From Chiloscyllium plagiosum (taxonomy: Eukaryota): a stretch of DNA of 64,000 nucleotides. The DNA is taken from contig NC_057719.1 of the NCBI RefSeq assembly GCF_004010195.1, positions 24,639,604-24,703,603 on the forward strand, read 5' to 3'. Of this stretch, positions 27,679 through 40,295 are shown piece by piece. Made by a program: the position numbers and the translations under genes. Numbering within the stretch: the first letter of the stretch is position 1; each line of letters starts with the position of its first letter. The notes under the pieces were generated by a model. It saw only the letters and a program-made list of their open reading frames with translations, was not told the DNA's origin and made no database searches.

Positions 27679-28674
27679 AATTATACTGTTAAATTCATGG
27701 CATCAATTATAGACTGCCAAGCTCTGCTGTGCCATCACTGGATAAGATCGATCAAGTGCCAAATATCCATGTCCAGAACAGGAAAGGTATGGCAACTACA
27801 CTGTACAGATAGCCATAGCGACTGGAGCATAAGTGTGAAAGTTCTGAGAGGAAATTGTCCACCTTCCTTCTCAGCCAAGAACAGCAATTAAATAAGAGTT
27901 CAAAGGCAGAAATGTAAATGTTAATCAAAATAATCAGGTTAAATAATTATTTAAAGTTAAAATTACCATTTCACAAAGCCATTTACAAAAGTGCTCATAC
28001 AAATTTATTAGTGCTCAGAATTTTAACAGAATTGATTCTGGGCTGGGAGGAGCAGGAGTGTTACCCCTGCTTAACAGGGGCTTAACAGTAATGTATATCT
28101 TTGTCCATTAAACACCATATGGTCCCACTGATGACCATCTTGTAGCCCTCTCCCCAATGGAGGTCTTTGTCCCTATTCAGTAGTAACTTTGTGCTTTACT
28201 CCAGCCAGGTTCTCAAACAAACTGATTGTGGCGAGAAATTGAAATTCAACTACCGCAGGGCATCCTTAATTTCTTTTTTGTTGGTTTCCCATCCCAAAGT
28301 TAAGACCAGGTTTACTGCATTTATAAATTTTCCATTTCCAATATATCCTTCTCCTTTTCTTCTTTGTCCCCTCCCTATATCATACACTAATTCTTTATCA
28401 AGGAATTTCTCAAGAGATCTGACCTGAGGATTCCGGAAACAACTGGCTTGGAAATGATGGAGGTCATCTTGGAGGAGTTTATCACCCACCTAGGAAGTTG
28501 GAGTCTGTAGTCCATTTCATAGATTACTGGGTCAATTATGTATAACATGCACTATTTCCCACAACCTAACAATATTTGCAGTAAACTTAATACAGAATCT
28601 CATTCCATCAATGAAATTTGAGCTAGGCCAATATGGTGCTGTCCTAACTCATACAAATGTATACATGCTCTTTT

Positions 28675-28970
28675 TCGTCACTGGCTTACTTTGGCTCCCT
28701 CTTAAGCAGCATTAAATTTTAAAATTCCTAACCTTGTTTTCAAATCCCTAACCTATAGCTTCTATAACATCCTCCAGCCTTGAATGCTTCAAGATATCTG
28801 AACTTAGACAATTCTACCCTTTTGAGAAATTTCAGTGAAACTGTTTCGCCATTAGTGGCCATGGCTTCGACTGACTAGGCTCTATGCTTTGGAATTCCTT
28901 TCTGAAGCCTTTCCATTTCGCTACTTTTCTTTCTTTATTCCCTATGATGCCTCTTTAAACCTATTATGTG
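28675..28970 (+). mobile_element. L2 LINE 3' fragment
   Basis: Similar to 13945-14240 (ttaaattttaaaattccta...ctttggaattcc). Confidence 0.6.
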
Positions 28971-29077
28971 GATCAGTGTTAATCTTAATTTCATGAGGCC
29001 TCATGTGAGGATACATGAGCAATCTTACTGCAATACACACGCTGATAGTACAGTAGTATAGTCCCGAGACTAGAATT

Positions 29078-29562
29078 TTTAAAATTCATTTGTGGGAGTC
29101 GGACGTCACTGGCTGGCCAGCATTGATAACCCATCCCTATTTACCCTTGAGAAGATGATGGTGAGCTGCCTTCTTGAATCGCTGCAGTCCACTTGCTGTG
29201 GGTTGACAGTAGGGAGCAAATTCCAAGATTTTGACCCAATGACTGTGAAGGAACAGCGTTATATTTCCAAGTCAGAGTGGTGAGTGGCTTGGAGGGGAAC
29301 TTGTAGGTGGTGATATTCCCAAGTACCTGCTACCCTTGTCCTTCTAGATGGAAGTGGTTGTGGGTTTGGAAGTGCTGTCTAAGAATCTTTGGTGAATTTC
29401 TGCAGTGCATCTTGTAGATAGTACACACTGCTGCTACTGAACATCAATGGTGGAGGGATTGAATATTTGTAGATGTGGTGCCAATCAAGCGGGTTGCTTT
29501 GTCCTGGATGGCGTCAAGCTCCTTGAGTGTTGTTGGAGCTGCACCCCCCCAGGCAAGTGGGG
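29078..29562 (-). mobile_element. LINE 3' end (CR1/L2 group, same family as 20915-21505)
   Basis: The reverse complement shares CAGCACTTCCAAACCC...CTAGAAGGACAAGGG and a GGGATGGG..ATCAATGCTGGCCAGCC tail. Confidence 0.75.
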
Positions 29563-29589
29563 TTGGGTGCAGCTCCAACAGCACTCAAG

Positions 29590-29875
29590 AAGTAGTAATC
29601 CAGAGGCCAAGATAACATTCCTGGGACCTGGGTTCAAATCCCACTATGGCACTTGTGAAAATTAAAAATGTGATGATAGCCATGAAGCTACTGTTGTTTG
29701 TTGCAAAAAAACCCAGCTTGTTACTTCCCTTCAAGGAAGGAAAACTGTCATCTTTATCTGGTCTGATGTGGATGTGAGTCCGGACCCACAGTGATTGATT
29801 CTTAACTGCCCTTTGAAGTGGCCTAGTGTGGCATTCAGGGGCATTGTATGCTGGCCCATGAGTGAATAAAAAACA
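29590..29875 (+). mobile_element. Second tRNA-derived SINE family
   Basis: B-box GGTTCAAATCCC at 29631, central AGGAAGGAAAACTG...GACCCACAG...CTTAACTGCCCT block and an A-rich end. Confidence 0.65.
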
Positions 29876-30540
29876 TGTTGCTGTTGCAGTAAACATACCA
29901 TGACAGCATAGTTTTGTCTAGAGAATGACATAAAGAAATACAATTCTGATCAGTGTGGTGTATTGTACCAAATTTATGGTTATTCATTTCATAATACAAA
30001 TTAATGTTATTAACAAGGTTTACACACAACACCATTATCAATCATTACCTCAGCCCTTGAAACTCTCCTGATTAATACCATCAACAAGTATTTTTACAAC
30101 CCACACAATAATGTGTCATCAGGAAATTTTTTAGATTCAGCTTTCAGCCTCCCACCTAAAGCCACTTCTGTACATGTTTAAGGTTCAATCTTGGGGCACC
30201 TCAGCAAGCATTCCCTCTAATATAATCATTTCTGATTGTGATACATATGTGTCTTCTGTCTTGTTTGGTTTTGAAGCCACTTCATTGTCTTTTTAATGTC
30301 ATAATTACCTCACTTTTAGTGAAGAATGAAGTATATTATCAAACAATGTTAGAAAACGTATTGAATAAATGACTGTTAACAGTTATGATGATTTCTAGAA
30401 ATCCTGTTGCTAAACACAATATCTAACATTTATGATACACAAGAAGGTAATTTGGCAAATTGATGTATTTGTTATCCATTCTATCCCCTTATGATTGTAA
30501 ATGCTTCAATTAAATACCCCAGCACACTGTATTCCAAATA

Positions 30541-32312
30541 CAGGTAAAGGGATGGCTGAAAAATGGGAAGCCTTCAGAAATGAGATAACAAGAATCCAGA
30601 GAAAGTATATTCCTGTCAGGGTGAAAGGGAAGGCTGGTAGGTATAGGGAATGCTGGATGACTAAAGAAATTGAGGGTTTGGTTAAGAAAAAGAAGGAAGC
30701 ATATGTCAGATATAGACAGGATAGATTGAGTGAATCCTTAGAAGAGTATAAAGAAAGTAGGAGTATACTTAAGAGGGAAATCAGAAGGGCAAAACGGGGA
30801 CATGAGATAGCTTTGGCAAATAGAATTAAGGAGAATCCAAAGGATTTTTACAAACATATTAAGGCAAAAAGATAACTCAGGAGAGAATAAGGCCCCTCAA
30901 AGATCAGCAAAGCAGCCTTTGTGTGGGGCCACAGAAAATGGGGGAGATACTAAATGAATATTTTGCATCAGTATTTACTGTGGAAAANNNNNNNNNNNNN
31001 NNNNNNNNNNNNNNNNNNNNNNNNNNNNNNNNNNNNNNNNNNNNNNNNNNNNNNNNNNNNNNNNNNNNNNNNNNNNNNNNNNNNNNNNNNNNNNNNNNNN
31101 NNNNNNNNNNNNNNNNNNNNNNNNNNNNNNNNNNNNNNNNNNNNNNNNNNNNNNNNNNNNNNNNNNNNNNNNNNNNNNNNNNNNNNNNNNNNNNNNNNNN
31201 NNNNNNNNNNNNNNNNNNNNNNNNNNNNNNNNNNNNNNNNNNNNNNNNNNNNNNNNNNNNNNNNNNNNNNNNNNNNNNNNNNNNNNNNNNNNNNNNNNNN
31301 NNNNNNNNNNNNNNNNNNNNNNNNNNNNNNNNNNNNNNNNNNNNNNNNNNNNNNNNNNNNNNNNNNNNNNNNNNNNNNNNNNNNNNNNNNNNNNNNNNNN
31401 NNNNNNNNNNNNNNNNNNNNNNNNNNNNNNNNNNNNNNNNNNNNNNNNNNNNNNNNNNNNNNNNNNNNNNNNNNNNNNNNNNNNNNNNNNNNNNNNNNNN
31501 NNNNNNNNNNNNNNNNNNNNNNNNNNNNNNNNNNNNNNNNNNNNNNNNNNNNNNNNNNNNNNNNNNNNNNNNNNNNNNNNNNNNNNNNNNNNNNNAGTTA
31601 GTAAGTTTGCAGATGACACCAAAATTGGAGGTGCAGTGGACAGCGAAGAGAGTTACCTCAGATTACAACAGGATCTTGACCAGTTGGGCCAATGGCTGAG
31701 AAGTTGCAGATGGAGTTTAATTCAGGTAAATGCGAGGTGCTGCATTTTAGGAAAGCAAATCTTAGCAGGACTTATACACTTAATGGTAAGGTCCTAGGGA
31801 GTGTTGCTGAACAATGAGACCTTGGAGTGCAGGTTCATAGCTCCTTGAAAATGGAGTCGTAGGTAGATAGGATAATGAAGAAAGCGTTTGGTATGCTTTC
31901 CTTTATTGGTCAGAGTATTGAGTACAGGAGTTGGGAGGTCATGTTGCGGCTGTACAGGACATTGGTTAGGCCACTGTTGGAATATTGCGTGCAATTTTGG
32001 TCTCCTTCCTATCGGAAAGATGTTGTGAAACTTGAAAGGGTTCAGAAAAGATTTACAAGGATGTTGCCAGAGTTGGAGGATCAGAGCTACAAGGAGAGGC
32101 TGAACAGGCTGTGGCTGTTTTCCCTGGAGTATTGGAGGCTAAGGGGTGACCTTATAGGGGTTTACAAAATTATGAGGGGCATAGATAGGATAAATAGACA
32201 AAATATTTTCCCTGGGGTCGGGGAGTCCAGAACTAGAGGGCATAGGTTTAGGGTGAGAGGAGAAAGATATAAAAGAGACCTCAGGGGCAACGTTTTCATG
32301 CAGAGAGTGGTA
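30541..32312 (+). mobile_element. Young CR1 LINE with an N gap, 3' UTR missing
   Basis: Near-identical peptides to the 15634-18200 copy (RKYIPVRVKGKAGRYRECW). Ends abruptly at FMQRVV. Confidence 0.93.
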
Positions 32313-32630
32313 ACCACCTGATAAAGCTAGTGCTTCCAAAATCTCTTGGACTATAACCTGATGTTGTGTGATTTTTAACTGTCCACCCTAGTCCAGCACT
32401 AGCACCTCCAAGTCACTGTAACCCATTGTAAATGATTAAAGACTTAACAGCAGTCGAGGTTTGTTCAATACATCGCATCAGTTGTATGACACTTTGATCT
32501 TTTACCTATAAATTCTGTGTCCTATGATTCTGCCCCACTAGCTCCTGTCAAAGGAGTTGTGCTCCAAAAGCTAATACTTCCAAATAAACCTGTTGGACTA
32601 TAAACTGGTGTTATGTAATTTCTAATTTCT
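32313..32630 (+). mobile_element. Tandem Penelope-type terminal repeats with decayed hammerhead motifs
   Basis: Two copies of AAAGCTA..CTTCCAAA..TGGACTATAA.CTG.TGTT at 32323 and 32567. Confidence 0.7.
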
Positions 32631-32746
32631 AATAAGTAGTAATTCTTGTTAAGTATAGAAACCGGGACCATGTTTTCTATCAACCTTGGTCTGAAAAATC
32701 AGTTAGATTGGGGCATGTTATATACTTACTCTGAGATCTTTAACTT

Positions 32747-33063
32747 TTAGATTAGATTAGATTACTTACAGTGTGGAAACAGGCCCTTCAGCCCAGCAAG
32801 TCCACACCAACCCGCCACTCACCCAGACCCATTCCCCTATGTTTTACCCTTTGACCTAACACTATGGGCAATTTAGCATGGCCAATTCACCTAACCTGCA
32901 CACTTTTGGATTGTGGGAAGAAACCGGAGCACCCAGAGGAAACCCACACAGACACAGGGAGAGTGTGCAAACTTCACACAGACAGTTACCTGAGGCGGGA
33001 ATTGAACCTAGGTCCTTGGCGCTGTGAGGCAGCAGTGCTAACCACTGTGCCACCATGCCGCCC
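32747..33063 (-). mobile_element. HE1-type tRNA SINE
   Basis: Full length, with A and B boxes and an (AATCT)n tail. Confidence 0.92.
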
Positions 33064-33635
33064 ATGTGAGGGTTCCAACAATAGTGAGCCTTGATTTCCA
33101 CCGTGCTACCCTACAGTGAGTTGTAATGTCTTGCCTTAGTTATCATTTGTTCTTTACATATTTATAAATCTTTAAGTTTTGCTTGATTTTTCTTTCCAAT
33201 TTTTTTAATGTTATCTTTTTACTTTCTTTATTTCCTTTTGCATTCCAAGTATGGTTTCTATACTGTTAAGCTTCTGGTGTCTGATGTCAGCATTTTTCTA
33301 CTTCATCTTGTCTCTTTTCAACGTGGGATAGCATCTTCCCAACCCTTGAATGATGTCAACATTGGCCAGTTAGTTAGAAAATAGGATGAGATTGATAGAA
33401 ATGAGAGTCTCACTGTTAAGAGAGACATTTATTAATCTTATTCTAGCGCCAATGATGCCAAAGAAACCTTCATGCCACAGCCAGAAACTGCTGCATGTTT
33501 AATTGACTGATGTTATGTTTGGCACAAGAATCACAAAACTATATGATAAAGGTCACTTACCAGTCAAGCCCATTCCCCATAGAAATATACAGTTGGAACA
33601 TAGCAGTGTGTAACTGTCTATAGAAAGATTCAAAT

Positions 33636-35085
33636 TCATAGATTCATACAGTGCAGAAAAAGCACTTTGGCCCATTGAGTCTATACCGATATAACTACCA
33701 CTAAATGTGCACTAATCTCAATTTCCTGCATTTGTCCCATATCCTTGAATGTTATGGTATTTGAAGTACTTATCCAAATATTTTTTTAAGTTTGTAAGGT
33801 TTCCAGCCTTCACTACCTTCCCAGGCAGTGCATTCCAGATTTCCACCATCCAATGAGTTATAAGGCTTTTCCCAAATCCCCTCTGAATCTTCTGCCCCTT
33901 ACCTTATTGACCCCTCAACCAAAGGCAACAGCTGCTCTCTATTCACCCTGTCCATACCTCTCATTATATTAGACACCTCAATCATGAGTGCCATAGTCTG
34001 CTCTGCTCTAAATATAACAATCCAAGCCTATCTAGTCTCTCCTTTTAGCTTTCTTTTCCAACCCAGACAATGTCTTGGTGAACCTAAACCATAGCACCTT
34101 TAGTGATGTAACATCCTTCCTGTAGTGAGGTGACTAGAACTGCACACATTATTACAGTTGTGGCCTGACCAAAGCTCTGTATAACTCCAGTATTCCCTCC
34201 TTGCTTTTGTACTCTATGCCATGACTGATGAAAGCAACTGTCGCATACGCCTTCTTCACAATCCTATTCACATGCTCTGTTGACTTCGGGGATCTGTGAA
34301 TAATTACCCAAGATTCCTCTGTTCCTCTAAGCTACCCAGTGTCCTGCCTCATCTTGTTTTTTCTTCCAATCACCTCACACTGCCACAGGTCTGCTCATCT
34401 GATCAACCCATCTATATCTTCCTGTAATCTACAACCATCTTCTTCACTATTAACCTATTCGCTATTAACTCTATCGATCTTGGTGTCATCTGCAAATTTT
34501 CCCCACATTTTCATCAATGTCATTTATGTATATAACAACAAGTACAGATTCATGTGGTACACCGGCCTTCAGTCACTCAAACAGCTACACTTTGTGTCCT
34601 ATTACTAAGTTAGTTTCTGATCCATTTTGCCATGTTTCCCTCAATTCCATGTGCTTTAACCTTCTCAAACAGTTTCTCATGTGGAACTTTGTCAAAAGCT
34701 TTCCTAAAATCTATATAAACTACATCAACTAAACCCTTCACTCATTCATACAATTGATCATATTTTCGTAAAATTCTAACAAATTCTATGCAGACGATCT
34801 CTAATTAACCCATGCCTTTCTAAATGGATATAAATTTACTCGTTCAGAATTATCTCCAATAGTTTCCCTACCATAGTGTGAGACTCACCAGCCTGTAATT
34901 TCCTGGTTAATCTCTACCACTCCTCTTAAATGATAGAATCGTATTACCCATCCTCCAGTCTTCTGGCACTCATCCTGTAGCTAGTGAGGAATTAAAAATT
35001 TGTGTCAGAGCCCTTGCAATTTCTTGCCTCACCTTCCACAGTCGCCTGGGATACAAATCATCTGGGCCAGGGGATTTGTCTGTTT
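33636..35085 (-). mobile_element. Older decayed CR1 LINE
   Basis: Minus-strand KFADDTK (34480-34498), DF.KAFDKVPH and NYRLVSLT remnants. Confidence 0.8.
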
Positions 35086-35976
35086 TTAAAATATATGTAA
35101 TTAATTCTAGAGAGTAGTCTCCAGGTCTCTTAATATGTAATAATTACTAAGGAACTTCTAGAATCTAAAAATGCTCCTGTCAGACACTAAAGCCTTAAGA
35201 CATTGAATTAACTTACTTTGCTGTCTTTTATTAGTCTGTTGTGTTATGTCAGACAATGGCTAATACAATTAGATGTGGATAATCTAATCCCTGGCAGAGA
35301 CAATAGGTAAGCTACCCAAGAACGAGACCTTGCCAACTCAAACACAACAATCAATGTAGATTTGCGTTAGTTTTAGTGTGACTCTTACAAAACAAAAAGT
35401 GAACTGCATGTAACAAATTTTTTTCATTTATGAGTAAGACTGTCATTTCATCTTGCTTGACATTTCAACTTGAAGTACCAGTTGAGAGAAATTTGAGACA
35501 AATTCAGCTCTCGAATATGGTGCTTACATCTCTTATTGTAATCTTCAATAAAATCTGAATTTATTCTTTAAGAAACAAGGCTAAAAGTATGTGCTGAATC
35601 AGCCTGCTCCCTGAAATTTTAAATCAGCAGATGTGTTTTTTTCCAAATATCTATTGAAAGGCAAACACCAGTTACTGAGTTATTGAGTTATATGGTTCAA
35701 AATATTAAAATATTGCGCCAGTGATTAGATTCTTAACTGTTGTATGAAAGTGTTGTATTTTCTCAAATAACCACTTCCGGTACTTTGTAGTATTTGCCAC
35801 CTTTGCCAGTGTGTGGTACTGGGTAAGGGCTGTTTGAGGTGGTTCACTGCCACCAATCATCCTTTGTCTTTGCTTCATCTAAGGTCTATCCAGTGATTAG
35901 TAGTAGAAAATGCATCACTGGCGAATCTCTACAGAAGAGATGCTGTTCTTAAGAAGGTTTGTTGCATGCTACCAGA

Positions 35977-36162
35977 GGGGTAGCACAGTAGCTCAGTAGT
36001 TAGCACTGTTGCCCTCACAGCATGAGGAACCTGGGTTCAATTCCAGCACTGGGTGACAGGCTATGTGGAGTTTACATAGGGGCGTTACTGGATCTGGTTA
36101 GGATGTTCTTCGGATGGCTGAATGGCCTCTTTCTGCATTGTAGGGATTCAATGATTCTATGA
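35977..36162 (+). mobile_element. Internally deleted tRNA SINE with a CR1-type tail
   Basis: A-box TAGCTCAGTAG, B-box GGTTCAATTCC and a GATTCTATGA tail. Confidence 0.75.
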
Positions 36163-36436
36163 ATTGCATGCTGTATTTGACCAGGTATAATTACAGGGAC
36201 CTTAGCTGCTGGTATGTTTACTCCCTCTGGAAGATTGTTAACTCCTTTCTCCACCCACAGATTGTATGTGACATCTCTGGAATGGGTGCTGCCTATGTAA
36301 CATGTACATTAACCCCTTCAGAGCCAGTACTTACTACAACAGGCAGAATCAGGAGGAATAGAAGGATGTCCAGTCAATGCACTCATATGTTGAAATGTGT
36401 AAATGCGATAGTTTAAGATGGACTGGACAAGGAAAA

Positions 36437-36567
36437 AGTTCCTGATGAAGGGCTCTTGCCTGAAACGTTGATTCTCCTGCATCCTTGGATGCTGCCTGAC
36501 TTGCTGTGCTTTTCCAGCACCACACTCTCGACTCTGATCTCCAGCATCTACAGTCCCCACTTTCTCC
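36437..36567 (+). mobile_element. Penelope-type terminal repeat with hammerhead motif and 14-bp TSD
   Basis: Flanked by CTGGACAAGGAAAA at 36423-36436 and 36568-36581. Core TTC-CTGATGA-A-GGGC TCTT GCCT-GAAA-CG-TT-GA. Confidence 0.8.
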
Positions 36568-38833
36568 CTGGACAAGGAAAAGTCAAGGTCAAGAGCTCCC
36601 TGCAGGCTTGACCCTTTTTATAAGACTGGTTATTACATATTACTGTGAAATACTACGATGTATGTTATTCAGCAACATACTAGGCTCTAAATGTACTGGA
36701 CATTACTGAAAAGCTGTTCCATGAACTCTACCACCTAATGCTAATGTGACTAATGCACGTTTCTAATGTTCACAAGGCTAGACTTCAGGTTACTACCTAA
36801 CTCCCTATGCTTTTCTCTCTTCCCTGTTTAAATCCACCCACATTATGCCAGTTATGTCCAGTGAGGAATAGTTCCATGATGTCAACATATTTACTCCAGA
36901 GTCCTACAGCCCTTACACAGCACCTCACCTCAAGCTTTTCTGCAGTGATAAACATTAATCACCAATAACTTCTCAAATGAGTTATTGAGATTACTTCGAT
37001 GCAGAATTTTTACTATAGAATTTTATTTTACATGTCCCACCCCTTTGAAGTCTTTGACTTGATTCATTTGTACCAATGGGTGGAGTCAGGAAAGAGTATG
37101 AAAAGGTGTAGAAACACTTGAGTCTTTATCTCTATGGCTTCGGGTGGATCAGCAGTGCTCACTGGAAGGTCTTGTATTAATGTTACTACAGAAATGTCTG
37201 GGGATGTCAGGTTGTATCTTCTTTTCTATCATTAGAGTCTGGATTTAGTGATGGTGTTAATAAAAGTGATAGGTAGTTGTTCCCCACATAAACTTGATCC
37301 ATGACTGGGGTTTGTGAAGGTTCTGCTCCAAGGCAATGTACATGTCAGCTTGAAAATGATTTGGTTTATGCCTGGCATGTTCTTTAGACTATAGCTCATC
37401 TTTGAATAGTGTTTGCTTTTCCCACAACAGATACATTGTTGTTGTGGGGCAGGACAGTTTATCTTCACTGATACGGGGTTTTGAAACAAGATGCTTTAGC
37501 ATTAGATTGTTTAGGAGTTTGCACTGATGTTACTTCTGGTACATTTTTCAGAGGAGAGGTCTATTTCCTTCAGTCGAATGGCTTATGTGCTTTAAGTGGT
37601 CAACACTCTTTGCTTCAAATAGAACTTCTGCTGCACAGTGCTTCTTAAACAATTTTCTAGCCTATGTATTCTTATGCTATTTGATTGCTCATTCTAGAAT
37701 GACCCTTGTTTGATTGAACAAGTTCAGTTCCAATTTATCTGAGAGACCAATGATGATTTTGTTGCATATGTGTTCTTGTTGTAACTTTTCTGAGGTGTGA
37801 GGTTTAGGTAATACATACATATAGGTAATTACTGAAGCTAACAACAGACTCTCTGGTGGATAGTATCAGATCTTGAAACATGATCTTGCCATTGGCCTAT
37901 TTGTGAAATAAAATATTGATAAAAAGTTGTTATGAAGTTGTCAAACATAATTTGCTTCTCAAAATCTTTTGCTTATAACATGGGATCCTATGTTTTTCCT
38001 AAAGAGTGGAGAAGTGTGTTAACCTGTTCAGCATTTAACTTGGTATTCAGTCCTGAAGTGTTCGAGATTTTAGAAATTATGCTTTTCATACGTTCAAATT
38101 TCTGATTTATCAAATGGATGATAGTTTGAATTTTTCTGGTAGTATGTTTGTTAGAAGTGAATTTTGTTTCATTAGCTGATTGTTGATAGCACTTGAAGGT
38201 TTTGTTTTTTTTTATTTGGCCAAGGATTGTTAGGATTTTGATGTCTTTGTGCTACACTCAGTTTGTTGCCTTGTTGTATTGTTAAGTGATTAAAATTGCT
38301 ATTGAATCTTTGTTATTGCAAAGATGGTTGTTGTTGTCGGAAAGTAAATATTGTGAAAGTTTCTATTGTTCTAAATGCTGTTTTCAATGTAAAGTTCCTT
38401 GAAATAACTTTAATCAATAAGATTAAATAATGTTTGACTATATCAAAGATGGCAGCCATGATGTCGCTTGCGCCAATTATTTTTCTGCATCTGATGCATT
38501 TTTGAGTTGCATTTGACAACGTGATCAGATTTGACACCATGGGATCAGATGTGAGTTTATTTCTGATTTGTTGTTTTTAGCAATAAAAATGAATAAAATT
38601 TCTTTGCTCTGAATAAAACTTTCATTTTTCAGGCAGCTGTTAAATATTAAAGATGTTATTAACTTCACTGTTACAGCTCTGAAACTTTAAAATCCAATTA
38701 GCGATTTTCATTCCTGATTCTTTTTTCAATTAATTTACTTCATTACTACTTCTGAAGAATTTTGTTAACTTGCTTACCATTAACTTTGGCATCCTGTAAT
38801 TGTTGAGGAATTTTGAAATCATTGTCAGTACAT

Positions 38834-40295
38834 TGGAACATAGGAACAGAAGTAGGCCATTCAACCCCTTGAACCTGACCCTTCATTCAATGAGATCATG
38901 GCTGATCTTTGGCCTAACTACATATCACTGCCTTTAGCTCATGTTGTTTACTACGTTTGATTAACGAGAAAACTATCTCAGATGTAAAACTAAAAATTGA
39001 TCCAGCATCCACTGCCATTTGTGAAAGAGCATTCTGAACATCTGTCACCCTCTGTGTCCAGAAATGCTTCCTAACATCTCTCCTGAATTATCTGGCCCTA
39101 ATTCTTATATTATACCCCTTAGTCCTAGAATCCCCAACCAGTGAAAACAGTTTTTCTTTATCTACCCTGTCTTTTCCCATTAATATCTTGAAGCCATTGA
39201 TCAGATCACACCTTAACCTTCTCAATTTCCAAAGAAAATAGGCCTGGTCTGTAAAATATCTCATCATGACTCCTGAAGTCCAGATATCACTCTTGTATAC
39301 CTATTTTGCATTCCTTTCAAGACCAATCTATCCATTCTAACATATGGTGCCCACTTCTATGCATAGTACTCCAAGTGGGGTCTAACCAAGGTTTTGTAAA
39401 CTGAAGCATAACTTCTGCATCCTTGTACTCCAATCCTGTAAATATAAAGGCCAGCTTTCCATTAGTTTTCTTGATTATTTTCTGCAGGTGTTTGTGGCAT
39501 TTTAAAGATCTATGCACTTGAACCCCCAACTCTCTTTGGACATTCACTGGATTTAACTTCATACTATCTAGAAAGTACCCTGATCTATCCTTTCTTGGTT
39601 CAAAATGGATAACCTCACACTTGCTTACATTGAACTCCATCTGCTGCAGTTTTGCCCATTCACTTAGCATACAATTGCAAAGGGATATGAATAGACCATC
39701 ATTTACACTGGTTATAATGCTGCCTAATTTTTTGTCATCAGCAAATTTGGATAAATAACTTTCTATGCCATTATCCAGGTCATTAATAAAAATGTGAAAT
39801 TAGGAAATAAAGTGAATAGTTGAGGCCCTAATACAGATCCTTGTGAGACATCACTGGTCACATTCTGCCGAGTTGAGTACCTACCCATTGTCCATACTTT
39901 TTGCTGCCACTCAACTAATTTCCCAGCCATGTCAGTAATTTGCCCTCAATTCTGTGGCCTTCTGCTTTAGTTAACAGTATCCTATGAAGGCATTACCAAA
40001 TGCTTTCCTTGAGGCTATATAAACTACATCCATAGACATTCCCCTGTGCACTACCTTCATCACCTTTTCAAAGTATTAAGTGAGGTTTGTCAGGCATGAC
40101 CTACATGTCATGTATCTATGTTGGCTCTCCCTGATTAGTGTTAATTTACTCTATCCTTGATTATATCCTTGGAGTAACTTTATTAAGTTACTCCATCCTT
40201 GATTCCAACATCCTTGGAAATTATCCAACAGTTTTCCCACTACAGTTGTGAGGCTAACTGGTCTGCAATTCCCTGAATTTCCTCTTTCGCCCTTC
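38834..40295 (-). mobile_element. Older CR1 LINE
   Basis: MEFNVSKCEVIHF, KFADDK and NCRPVSLT motifs, plus a CCTATGTTCC tail. Confidence 0.88.

Noticed and set aside
28424..28489. Minus-strand 66-nt segment with plausible splice sites (VGDKLLQDDLHHFQASCFRNPQ)
   Set aside because: No recognisable homology, a weak donor and no partner exons.
16831..31699. Long ORFs of 140-340 aa containing X runs
   Set aside because: They are artefacts of N gaps inside CR1 copies.
36261..36416. Good acceptor (ctttctccacccacag) and a frame ending MSSQ...VNAIV*, reminiscent of the PRIMA1 C-terminus (VNNAVV*)
   Set aside because: It lacks the KPLRK.ENGTS..EY block, so the resemblance is probably chance.
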